From positions 7,944-71,943 of the IMG/VR virus record IMGVR_UViG_3300033070_001355: DNA of 64,000 nucleotides; one strand, 5' to 3'. The notes below the pieces were generated by a model. That model saw only the letters and a program-made list of their open reading frames with translations. It had not been told where the DNA came from and searched no databases. Below, one piece after another: positions 40,070 through 49,006 of the stretch. Each line of letters opens with the position of its first letter. Position 1 is the first letter of the stretch. The position numbers and the translations under genes were made by a program. The stretch comes from a virus. Its lineage: Duplodnaviria; Caudoviricetes.

Positions 40070-40421
40070 CATCAAGACCTGCCAGCTTCACCGGAGCTTC
40101 GATCGCCGAGTAAAGTTCGGTGATCATAGTCGCCTCGGCGTCCTCTGCGAAGAAGTCGGCGTCACTCTCTTCAAACTTAGGATCGATGCAGGAAGCGACG
40201 ATGACGTTGACCATGTAGGTCTCTTGATCAATCTTCGCTTTCCCAGCTTTATCGAACGAGGTAGCTTCATCGAGAAGCTTGCGCTTTTCCGCGAGCGACA
40301 GTGGCTTTATGAGAAAGTCAGAGCCGCACGCGGTAACCGTTCTCGTCGTGATCGCACAAAGTTTTCGAAACGCATCTCTATTAGCGATGGTCATATTGAT
40401 CTTCCTTAAGATCCTATACAC
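40038..40421 (-). CDS. Tail assembly chaperone (gpG-like)
   Basis: FLIKPLSLAEKRKL...VIVASCIDPKF...ITELYSAI; between the tail tube and TMP genes. Likely start MTIANR. Confidence 0.85.
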   Translation of the reverse strand: MYRILRKINMTIANRDAFRKLCAITTRTVTACGSDFLIKPLSLAEKRKLLDEATSFDKAGKAKIDQETYMVNVIVASCIDPKFEESDADFFAEDAEATMITELYSAIEAPVKLAGLDEKKSETSPKS

Positions 40422-40426
40422 CGCTA

Positions 40427-41119
40427 TCAGATAAACGGCCCGAAATATGGAGATCCGCCAACGATCGCGTCAAGTGGGCCTTGCCCGTCAAACTCAAGAG
40501 TCTCTTCGATCGGTCCGTCGAAGGCGGCTGAGAGCGACCAGTTCTTGAATCTGACAGCACCCTGGAAGTATGTGTCAACCGAGGTGTCAGGGCGGAAGCG
40601 AACGATACGTGCGGCGTTAATACCGGACGCATTGACGACTGCGCGCTGGTACTTCGCAGAGTTGAGATAAAGGCCATCGATTGTTCCAGAGAACTTGGGA
40701 ATTCCCGGGAGTGACGTCCCCCAAAGCTCACCCATCACTGTAGCGTCGACTTCATCACTCTCGAAAGTGACATCCCACGACTTGTTCTGTGACATCTTGT
40801 GAGTGACGTCAGTCAGATCAGATCGATAGAAGACTTTCGCGGTGACAAACGCGTTCTTGACAGCGGGGATCTGAACCGCACCGGCAGCGTAGTTAATGCC
40901 GGGATGATTCAAATCAAGCGTGTACCAATCGCCTGAACCAGCAGGTCGCTGATACTCAATCTTGAACGACGTATTGTCAGGATTGAACTGCCAGTTTCTT
41001 TCAGCAGAAGCAATCTGGTAGACGTCAGACGTCCCGACTTGGACAAGGGTTCCGCTCGCGACAACAGTTGTGTTGCTCGCGACGAGAAGTTGTGCGTTTT
41101 TACCGTGTAGACCAGCCAT
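40427..41119 (-). CDS. Major tail (tube) protein
   Basis: WDVTFESDEVDATVMG...PKFSGTIDGLY...YFQGAVRFKNWSLSAAFDGPIEETLEFDGQGPL. Confidence 0.85.
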   Translation of the reverse strand: MAGLHGKNAQLLVASNTTVVASGTLVQVGTSDVYQIASAERNWQFNPDNTSFKIEYQRPAGSGDWYTLDLNHPGINYAAGAVQIPAVKNAFVTAKVFYRSDLTDVTHKMSQNKSWDVTFESDEVDATVMGELWGTSLPGIPKFSGTIDGLYLNSAKYQRAVVNASGINAARIVRFRPDTSVDTYFQGAVRFKNWSLSAAFDGPIEETLEFDGQGPLDAIVGGSPYFGPFI

Positions 41120-41134
41120 TATTGTCCTTATTTC

Positions 41135-41668
41135 TTAGTGCGCGGACCAGACTTCCCAGCCATACTGATCAGCGTACCCGTCCCAGATAATCGTTGTCGG
41201 GATACCTGAGTCTGGGGAAATCTGATGCTGCCCTGAAACTCTTGGGATGAAGTTTGAATTGAATCCAAACACTTCACCGAGCATCACGTTGATTCGACCA
41301 GCGCCAGAGATCGCGACAGAGTCAGTTCTCATCAAAGAGAACATGTCGTTAAGAACACCTGACGCGGTCGTCGCAGTGGAATTGATGTCTGCTTTAATGA
41401 CACTCGTAACAAGAGTCGAAAGTGATGATTCAACGTTCGTCTTGCCTGAACCGAGATTGCTCGAAAGTGTGTTCATGTTCGACACGAATGTCGAAACCAT
41501 CGAAGACACCAGCTGAAAATCTTCTTCAGCAAGAGTCTTAAGGGTCATGACGACGCCAGAATGAACTGTTGGTGATGATCCTCCGAGGAGATTGCGGACC
41601 ATCGTAAGCCGTCCAACATTTTGGAACAGCTTTTTCCATCCACCAACAGAAAGAGACGTCAATGCCAT
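41135..41668 (-). CDS. Hypothetical virion protein
   Basis: Located between the tail terminator and tube genes. Confidence 0.55.
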   Translation of the reverse strand: MALTSLSVGGWKKLFQNVGRLTMVRNLLGGSSPTVHSGVVMTLKTLAEEDFQLVSSMVSTFVSNMNTLSSNLGSGKTNVESSLSTLVTSVIKADINSTATTASGVLNDMFSLMRTDSVAISGAGRINVMLGEVFGFNSNFIPRVSGQHQISPDSGIPTTIIWDGYADQYGWEVWSAH

Positions 41669-41709
41669 AGTCGCACCTTAAAACATGGAGTAAGAGATTC
41701 CCGCTCTTC

Positions 41710-42261
41710 TTAGAGCAGGTCTGTACCGTTTGTTCGATATATCGTCGAAAGCGTAATCTCAACTCTTGAAGAGTATTTCAAATTCGCGAAAGAAGTTTTA
41801 TCATCGTGAAAAATATCATCAGCAGGACCAATTTCATAATTAAGAGCTCCGACAGGTGCCGTAGATGATCCTGTAAGAGAAGTGTCGTATAGAGGAACTC
41901 CGTTATACGAGCTCATCCAATACCCGACTCCGCTTGCGACGAAAGTGGCCGTTCGCATCGTCTGCTTCAACTGACCGATCATCTCTCTTGATTCTCTTTG
42001 ATTTCTTCCGCATGCAGTTACGGAGAAAATCATCGAAGGATCGTTAGTGTTTCCGCCATCAACGAATCCTGGAGAGTTGATTTCTTCAACAAAGCGAACA
42101 GCGTAGAACGGGAGGTTTCTTATCGACTTAGTTGATGTTCTATCCCAGTCAAAGTCAGGGCTGACGATGAAGCAGCCGCTAACATATGTATTTATAAAGT
42201 TAGCGAGTGAGTATTCAGACTCAGATAAAAGTCGATCACTCATTGAAGAAATCTCTCTCAA
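41710..42261 (-). CDS. Tail terminator/completion-like protein
   Basis: Synteny; LPFYAVRFVEE...FSVTACGRNQRESREMIGQLKQTM. Confidence 0.6.
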   Translation of the reverse strand: MREISSMSDRLLSESEYSLANFINTYVSGCFIVSPDFDWDRTSTKSIRNLPFYAVRFVEEINSPGFVDGGNTNDPSMIFSVTACGRNQRESREMIGQLKQTMRTATFVASGVGYWMSSYNGVPLYDTSLTGSSTAPVGALNYEIGPADDIFHDDKTSFANLKYSSRVEITLSTIYRTNGTDLL

Positions 42262-42610
42262 TTCTTCTCAAATTGCTGTAGAGCCCCGAGATATGGTTTG
42301 CGGCGGCACGCGCTCCTTTTTGCATAAATTCAGATCGAGTCCTATGTTCGTAGTTCTGCCTACGCGCATAAGGAACAATAGAGAGATCTACAAATATTCT
42401 TCCGACATATTTGTCACCGATCTTTCTCACATCGCGGTCGATGCTTCTTCTAAGAAGTCCAGTAAGAACCGGAGCGGCTGCCTTTGCGCGCAATTGCCCA
42501 ATCTTAAGAGCCTCATCGAGGCGTTTCTCAATCTTATTTAGTCTGCGGAATCTGCCTGACAAATCTCGATAGATTTTTTTGAAATTATCAAGTCCAGTTA
42601 AGCTCGTCAT
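42236..42610 (-). CDS. HK97 gp10-like tail completion protein
   Basis: AKAAAPVLTGLLRRSI...VPYARRQNYEH...FMQKG. Confidence 0.8.
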   Translation of the reverse strand: MTSLTGLDNFKKIYRDLSGRFRRLNKIEKRLDEALKIGQLRAKAAAPVLTGLLRRSIDRDVRKIGDKYVGRIFVDLSIVPYARRQNYEHRTRSEFMQKGARAAANHISGLYSNLRRIERDFFNE

Positions 42611-43020
42611 TATCTTCCCGCAACCGCGTGAAAGTTAATATGCGTGAGGTAACTGCCCCAACGATCTTCATCTTTTCTATTAATCTCAAAAACGATGCCA
42701 TCTAGACGCATCTTCTTCGAATGGTCATATCCGCGAATTTCATCATAATCAAAAGAAAAGACAGTCTCTTTCAAATAAGTAAGACCGCCATCGGTCGATT
42801 TTACCGGGCGGTTGATCGCTGAAACCACGCCGGAAACGGCGACCCAGACCTCAGTATAATCAGCAATTCTGTTATCGAAGAGATTAGCGACACTTCCTGA
42901 TATCGCCGTACCTCTATTGACATTGACTCCACTCAGAACATAGATTTCAACCTTGCGACCAGCCCTAACGAGCTTAGACGCTTCTTTGAAACCTTGTAGT
43001 TGAGAGTCACTTAATGTCAT
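42610..43020 (-). CDS. Head closure/stopper-like protein
   Basis: Synteny and size. Confidence 0.55.
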   Translation of the reverse strand: MTLSDSQLQGFKEASKLVRAGRKVEIYVLSGVNVNRGTAISGSVANLFDNRIADYTEVWVAVSGVVSAINRPVKSTDGGLTYLKETVFSFDYDEIRGYDHSKKMRLDGIVFEINRKDEDRWGSYLTHINFHAVAGR

Positions 43021-43502
43021 CTGTCAGACGGTCTGCCTAATCGACCTACAGTCCCAGAAGGCTTGTAATCTGAGAAGCAAGGGACATTTGCATTAAAATT
43101 GAAGAGCGCCCCCTTGGCCTGATCGACCATCTGGACACTATCACTCTTCATTTTCAATTGTCTATCAAGAGCATCTTTGACTTGCGCCATCCATGCGTCG
43201 CCAACAGCGATAAGAGCTTTCGCCTCAGCTTCTTGATTAACTTCTTCGCCGAGTGAGCTCTTCCACTTTACGAGTTTAGATCGATCTCTCGCAAGTGAAT
43301 ACGACAACTGCGCCGACGCGTATAACTGCGTCAACGCAGTTTGAAATGCCGAGGCGGTGCTCTCATCGGCGAGACCATAGCTTACGTAGCCGAACCCTGC
43401 GGTTATCTGCGTGTCGACCTCGTCATCCGTGAAGGCCACGGATGAGAAGTCTTTAACTTGATATCTGATTTTGAGAATCAGCGCCGCAGAGTTTGTGGTC
43501 AC
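43017..43502 (-). CDS. Head-tail adaptor-like protein
   Basis: Helical; LKIRYQVKD...FTDDEVDTQI; synteny. Confidence 0.6.
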   Translation of the reverse strand: MTTNSAALILKIRYQVKDFSSVAFTDDEVDTQITAGFGYVSYGLADESTASAFQTALTQLYASAQLSYSLARDRSKLVKWKSSLGEEVNQEAEAKALIAVGDAWMAQVKDALDRQLKMKSDSVQMVDQAKGALFNFNANVPCFSDYKPSGTVGRLGRPSDR

Positions 43503-44853
43503 GCGATAAGCTCTCTAACGATTCTGTTGAACTTCTTGAACACGCTCTTCCAATCATTCTCGACTGCGAAGTTTCGGCACGCTTGCGCCATAACTCTCGC
43601 CTCTCCGCTAATTAACATCTTCTGATATTGATTAATGGAATCGACAAGACCGTTAATGGAGACAAGGGCGCTCGGCGCATCATAGAAAGGTTCATCATCG
43701 AACTCGGCGACATCGACGGTGAGACCTCTGCCACCAGCGACGAGTTCAGGCATAGAGCTGTAGTTCGTGACGATGCTCGGAACGCCGCAAGCCATCGCTT
43801 CCAAGATCGGAAGACCGAATCCTTCTCGGCATGACGGAAGAACATGAATGTCAATCATGTTATAGACGTCGTTGAGGCCTTCGTCAGTCAGTCCATTGAG
43901 CGAACTCACGCTTTCTTTTGAAGGCACGAAGACTCTTGAAGGAGCTCCGTAATTGTTGTCGTTCAAACGGTAGCGGTCAGCGTACTCTGAGAGGTGCCAA
44001 CCAACCCAGAGTCCATCATTGTTGTCCGTGTATCCTTCAGTTGAGTGAAGGTACAGGGCGCTATTCATTTTCGCCGGATCTTGCTTGAAATGATCCTTCC
44101 ATTTCTCCGGGCGCATGTGGCACTGAATGCGAGCGTAGTCTTTCGCGTCCCACTTTTCATGAATGCCGTTATTGTCGACTTCGACTTCAGCGTTCGTATT
44201 GTAATTCAGACAGTTCCAGAATGAGTACGCTCGAAGCAATCGAGGAATTCTCTTCCTGATCTGGTTTCGACCGACAAATCCGATGACGAACGTTTCAGGG
44301 TGGATTCCTGCTTTACGCTTTGCTTCCGATTTATCAACGGGTCTGAAAGTATCTGAATCAACACCGTGCAGAATGAGCTCGGTCTTAACTCGAGGAAGAT
44401 GTCTTTCGACAACTTTTTGACCGAACTCGCTGTAGAGGACGAGTACGTCAGGTGCTTTGAGCGAAGGAATCCATTCCTTGTTCAGTTCATCTCGATCAAT
44501 CGGAACATAGCTGATCCATTTGAACTTTTCGCCGTACCCTGGACATGACCGAACGTGGTCAACCATCCAGGGGTCACCAAGAGTCCAAACAACGTCAGGC
44601 TGGAATCTCTGGATAATCTGAGGAAGAGTTCTCTGGCCGAATTGATCACCAGGATCGCCAGAATTGCAATATGCGACTTGAACGCCAATCTTTTGCCACT
44701 TGTTTACTTCATGGACATTTGGTCGAGCGACCCACATCAGGAACGCGCAATCGTAGACCCCGGTCTTTGCAAACCGCGTCACGACTTCTTGACACACTCT
44801 GGCAAAGCCGGTATTGCATCCGCCATCACCAACAAAGAGAATTTTCTTTTTCA
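43499..44853 (-). CDS. GT4-family glycosyltransferase within the head module
   Basis: KILFVGDGGCNTGFARV, HGVDSDTFRP, FVGRNQIRKR, LPSCREGFGLPILEAMACGVPSIVTNYSSMPE. Likely start MKKKIL near 44853. Confidence 0.92.
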
Positions 44854-44895
44854 TATTGAACCTGCGAATTAGATATACACGCGATAAGAATTCAT

Positions 44896-44927
44896 AAAAA
44901 AAGAGGGCGGCCGAAGCCACCCTCTTT
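44896..44927 (-). terminator. Intrinsic terminator, copy B (after HNH)
   Basis: AAAGAGGGTGGC-TTCG-GCCGCCCTCTTT followed by TTTT. Confidence 0.85.
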
Positions 44928-44944
44928 CGAAGCCGAACACCTTA

Positions 44945-45574
44945 TCAGGCGGTCGGGATAGGTTGAGACGAACATCCCCGTTTTGGGATTTTGGTGACAT
45001 GGCTCCATGATTCACCATAGGCAACGTGATAAATGAATGAAGCGTCTATGCCAGTTTCACTGGAAATTTCTTTGTACGATTTTCCTTTTGCGAGAAGATC
45101 CGCAACCAATAACGCCTGCTCTTCTGTATGGATAGATCGAGGATTTCCTTCACCGAATTTCGAAGTCCCGTGAACAATTTTGTCTTTTTCATTTTCAACA
45201 GGAGAACCCCAACAAAGATTTTCAATTCTATTATCCGAGCCGTCACCGTTTAGATGGCGACACTGCTGACCTTGATCTTTGAAGCCGCTCCAACATTCAA
45301 GTACGAATCTGTGCAGCATCATATCAAATTTCTTATCACCAGAGACACCTGCTCGAATCATTTTGTATTTCGAAGATCGCGAGTGGTCATATGAAGGAAC
45401 TTCTTTGTACCATTCATCTAGAAGCACCATCTTCACGTCTCCACCAAATCCCTTTCTTTTCCATCTTGAATAAACTTTCCCGTGAGTGTCAGCACCATAG
45501 CCAACGTAGACGGGATGTTCCTTGATTTCATTCGATGAGGTCGGAATCTTAATCGGAAGAAGAATTTCTTTCAT
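44945..45574 (-). mobile_element. Free-standing NUMOD4-like/HNH homing endonuclease gene
   Basis: MLHRFVLECW...CRHLNGDGSDNRIENLCWGSPVENEKD is an intact HNH; C-terminal HTH; ends with the capsid-derived IPTA. Confidence 0.92.
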
Positions 45575-45582
45575 GACTACTA

Positions 45583-45591
45583 ATTATACCA
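45583..45591 (-). promoter_or_regulatory. Extended -10 promoter TGGTATAAT for the HNH gene
   Basis: Perfect TGnTATAAT ending 9 nt upstream of the ATG, implying a near-leaderless mRNA. Confidence 0.6.
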
Positions 45592-45618
45592 GTGTGTCGA
45601 TACTAACTCTGTAGAAAT

Positions 45619-45648
45619 AAAAGAAGGTGGCCGTAGCCACCTTCTTTT
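45619..45648 (-). terminator. Intrinsic terminator, copy A (after capsid gene)
   Basis: Perfect 13-bp stem AAAAGAAGGTGGC-TACG-GCCACCTTCTTTT. Confidence 0.85.
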
Positions 45649-45673
45649 GAAACCAAACACTTGATCTTTACGA

Positions 45674-46684
45674 TCAGGCGGTCGGGATAGCGTGCGGAAC
45701 CGACGTGATCGCGCGGATAACCTGACCTTCACCGACCAACACGCCACGGCGGAATTTTCCCACCAATGTTTCGGCGTCGTGCAGGAGATCCTGGAAGTTG
45801 CCGAGCGTGAGCTGCTCGCGGTCAGTACTCATCAGCCGGTTCTTCGGCTCAATGACGTAAACCGTCGAGGTCGTCGTACCAGCCGCAAGATGGTCAGTCG
45901 TGATCAAGCGATAGCGACCCGCCGTAGGCGAGCGGTCAGCGCCAGACTGCATCGACATCGACCCGGAGAACGTGTTCTGGGCCATGAAGCCGAACTTAAC
46001 GCTCAACGAAACCGACAGGTAGTTCTCAACCTCAGGCGGGCCAAGGATGATTCGTGGGTTTCTGCGGTTTCTGCGCATGATCACCGTAGCAACATCAAGC
46101 GCGTTGATGAAGCTCGAGAGCTCAGTGCCAGACTGCGCGGCAGAAAGCGAAACACCGCTCGAGACAGCGGCAGCGATAGCCGCATAGTGGATAGAAGCGA
46201 GTTTGTCGCTCGAGGCTTGACGGAAGTCTCGAGTCGTCATCTCGATCATACCCATCGAGCCGTCTTGGAACCACTCGTTCGAGTACCCGATGGCGGTACC
46301 GTACTTGACGTTCTTGACGTATTTCTCGTTCGAAGTGACCTTGCTGAACTTGATTTCACCAAGCTCGCCGACCTCTTCGAAAACGATGCCGTGGATACCC
46401 TGACCGGCGCGGTCGGGATTACGGAACGGGAACAATTCGCCGTGTGACGTTGAACGCATCACGGTGAAGATGTCCTGCCATCCGTTATCAACGACCTCTG
46501 GGTCGTTCATGAAGAACTTCGAAACACCCTGCGTAAAGAACTGTTTCGTGTCAGAAGTAGAGACCATCGTCTCTCTAATGACTTCAGTCTCGACGCCACG
46601 CTCTGACACCTTGATCTTCTTAGGGACAACGAATTGTCCCCCTTGAAGCTTGATGCCGTCCGCGAACAACTTTTCATGGGCCAT
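45674..46684 (-). CDS. Major capsid protein (HK97 fold)
   Basis: FEEVGELGEIK...KYGTAIGYSNEWFQDG; follows the protease and decoration genes; followed by a strong terminator. Confidence 0.9.
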   Translation of the reverse strand: MAHEKLFADGIKLQGGQFVVPKKIKVSERGVETEVIRETMVSTSDTKQFFTQGVSKFFMNDPEVVDNGWQDIFTVMRSTSHGELFPFRNPDRAGQGIHGIVFEEVGELGEIKFSKVTSNEKYVKNVKYGTAIGYSNEWFQDGSMGMIEMTTRDFRQASSDKLASIHYAAIAAAVSSGVSLSAAQSGTELSSFINALDVATVIMRRNRRNPRIILGPPEVENYLSVSLSVKFGFMAQNTFSGSMSMQSGADRSPTAGRYRLITTDHLAAGTTTSTVYVIEPKNRLMSTDREQLTLGNFQDLLHDAETLVGKFRRGVLVGEGQVIRAITSVPHAIPTA

Positions 46685-46717
46685 GTTTTTTCTCTCTTCC
46701 TCAGTCTATTCCGTGGC

Positions 46718-47284
46718 TCAGATAAGGCCAACGATGGGATGACCGAGGAGCTTGACCTCGGCGACCCACGCACCCTTCGTTTTCGACGAAGAACGCTGGT
46801 CGAGGTACACTTGTTTCCAGACGTGGCCGACGAGCGAGAGCCCGCCAACAGTGCCATAGGTCGTGAAAGTCGAGACCGGTTGGATGAATCCAAAGTCAGT
46901 CGGATCGCTCGCACCGCGTTGAGCCGCCGTGTTCGGGGCAGCCGCTCTAGTGCTCACACCTGACGCGTAGACCGGATTACCGATCTTGAATCCAGTACCA
47001 GCCTGCGCCATACCTGACGCGACGACCATCGTATGAACGCCGGTGATCTTAAGATCACCCTTGCCGTTACCGACAGAAGACACGTCGTTATCGAGGATGG
47101 GACGACCGTCAATAGTCGTCAACGCATCCGACGTTCCGATAATGTCATCTTGGATGATACCCCAGAAGCCGTTACCGGCCGCTGAAGCGGGGTCACCGAA
47201 GTTGTAAAGGGCACCCGACTTGTAACCAGTCGCAAGACCGGTGACCGGAAGGACATCGCCCACAGCAGTCTGTTGAAGACTCAT
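46718..47284 (-). CDS. Capsid decoration/cement-like protein
   Basis: Gly/Ala-rich beta protein between the scaffold and capsid genes. Confidence 0.6.
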   Translation of the reverse strand: MSLQQTAVGDVLPVTGLATGYKSGALYNFGDPASAAGNGFWGIIQDDIIGTSDALTTIDGRPILDNDVSSVGNGKGDLKITGVHTMVVASGMAQAGTGFKIGNPVYASGVSTRAAAPNTAAQRGASDPTDFGFIQPVSTFTTYGTVGGLSLVGHVWKQVYLDQRSSSKTKGAWVAEVKLLGHPIVGLI

Positions 47285-47312
47285 TCTTTATTCCTTTTCT
47301 TGTGAGCGAAGC

Positions 47313-48545
47313 TCACTTGTCCTTTTTCGGCGCGTCAGGGAAAATGTCGCTGAGGCTGACCGAGACTTGTCCACGCCCGCCTGAACTGCCAGCAGAGGCA
47401 ACAGTGGTCTTCTCTTCAACAGTGGTGGTGCCGCTCGCGGAAGGCGTTCCGACCATTTCGAAGATTTCAAGAATTGCAGCGAGCTCTGCGTCGAAGCTCT
47501 CTTTTAAAGAAGCTTTCGATTTCGTGAAGGTCACGTCATCATTAGCGATTCGTGACTTTTCAAGAACTTTCGCGGTCAGCTTCTTTGAGGCGAGTTCAAT
47601 CGCCTTGTATGAAGGATCGCGACCGTCTTTGTCCGCAAGCGCCTTCTCAGACGCTTTCGCAGCATCGACGAGTTCGGCCTTGTAAGCTTCAAGAGTCTTG
47701 CCGAGAAGAGCAGACGTCATCTCTTCAGCCTTCTTTGAGTTCTCGGCGAGCTTCGTCTCCAATGACTTGAGCGACTCTTTGAGAGTATCGATCTCAGTCT
47801 TGGCTTCGCTGAGAGCTTTGACCACGGGAGCCGTGGCGGCAGCCTCAACTGATTTGATGATCTCTCGACCATCAGCAGACTCTTTCAACTTTTCAAGCGT
47901 TATGTCCATTTTTGCGTTCCCTCGAGTGTTTGGCTCGTCATCACACTTAAACGATTCTTTTACGACACCAGTGACTCCGGCACTAACGACGGATTCAGTT
48001 CTGTTGTTTACGAAATCTATCGAATTGACAGAAGCAAATCTCTCAACCTCGTAAACATTGTCTTTCTCATTATATTTAGAGACGACATATCCATCGAGGC
48101 TGACGTTTCCGGCAGTCTTCTCCTTAATCGTAGTAAAGAGAGTCTTTCCTTCTTCAATTGACGAAATGTAGCAAAGAGCCTTCACGCCCTTTACTTGCGC
48201 ACCTTTAACGGTGACGTTTTCAAACGATGAGGCAATAAACTTTCCTACAGGAGTTCTGTACGGAGTCGGCTGCCAAGAATCATCGTGACCGAGATACGCC
48301 TCAACGCCAACACAGAGATCAGCGAAAGTCTTTACCGCAAGTTCTGAATACTTTCGCTTATTTCTTGAAGTCGTAACGTAAAGCGGGATAATTTCTACGA
48401 ACTTCCCAGACTCTTTGACTTCTGGGAGAACGTCTCTAATCCACTCTTCATCAACTTTTGAATATTTAGTGAAATCAATATCAGAAGATTTCTCAATGAC
48501 TCTTGAGCTTTGAGAAAATGTGATCGATGCTCTTTCTTTAGTCAT
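47313..48545 (-). CDS. Prohead protease fused to a scaffolding domain
   Basis: TSRNKRKYS, YLGH, NVSLDG and SIDFV fit a protease fold; C-terminal coiled coil with repeated LKES/VKES. Confidence 0.8.
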   Translation of the reverse strand: MTKERASITFSQSSRVIEKSSDIDFTKYSKVDEEWIRDVLPEVKESGKFVEIIPLYVTTSRNKRKYSELAVKTFADLCVGVEAYLGHDDSWQPTPYRTPVGKFIASSFENVTVKGAQVKGVKALCYISSIEEGKTLFTTIKEKTAGNVSLDGYVVSKYNEKDNVYEVERFASVNSIDFVNNRTESVVSAGVTGVVKESFKCDDEPNTRGNAKMDITLEKLKESADGREIIKSVEAAATAPVVKALSEAKTEIDTLKESLKSLETKLAENSKKAEEMTSALLGKTLEAYKAELVDAAKASEKALADKDGRDPSYKAIELASKKLTAKVLEKSRIANDDVTFTKSKASLKESFDAELAAILEIFEMVGTPSASGTTTVEEKTTVASAGSSGGRGQVSVSLSDIFPDAPKKDK

Positions 48546-49006
48546 TACTTATCCTCTAGAATGATAAAGGTTTTCGGTATCTTCTGTCTTACAAGACATC
48601 GACGAAAAGCTTCATCATATGTCCACTTGATATCTTTGTTGAAATTGATAAATGGATATGAAAAGAAAAAGCCATCCACTTTTCGGATCTTAGCGATCAT
48701 ACTCAAAAACTGGATCGGATTATCAGACGCGACTCCGCCGCTTTTTTGAATTGATTCAGCGATAGCATCAATGTTCTCCCCATTCTCTCTGCGAGAAGGC
48801 AGAAACTTGACGCTATACCGAATGGGGCCGCCATCGCTGCAACAAGCAATGAATCCGACAATCTGCCCAGAGATCTTATCGATCTCAAGCATAACGAATA
48901 TTCTTCTGAGAGAAGAGATTGGAATTTTCTTTTGAAAGAGGCCGTGTTTTCTCTTCTCTTTTCGACAGTTGTCATGGATCAACCTCGCGTAATTCTCGAT
49001 GCTCAT
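48545..49006 (-). CDS. Hypothetical protein
   Basis: Coupled ORF between the portal and protease genes. Confidence 0.55.
   Translation of the reverse strand: MSIENYARLIHDNCRKEKRKHGLFQKKIPISSLRRIFVMLEIDKISGQIVGFIACCSDGGPIRYSVKFLPSRRENGENIDAIAESIQKSGGVASDNPIQFLSMIAKIRKVDGFFFSYPFINFNKDIKWTYDEAFRRCLVRQKIPKTFIILEDK

Noticed and set aside
26589-43502. Contractile (myovirus) tail
   Set aside because: No sheath or gp25/baseplate-J-like gene is recognisable; the organisation fits a non-contractile tail.
44945-45673. Group I intron carrying the HNH
   Set aside because: The capsid ORF already ends with its own stop and terminator before the HNH, and no P/Q/R/S core was recognised.
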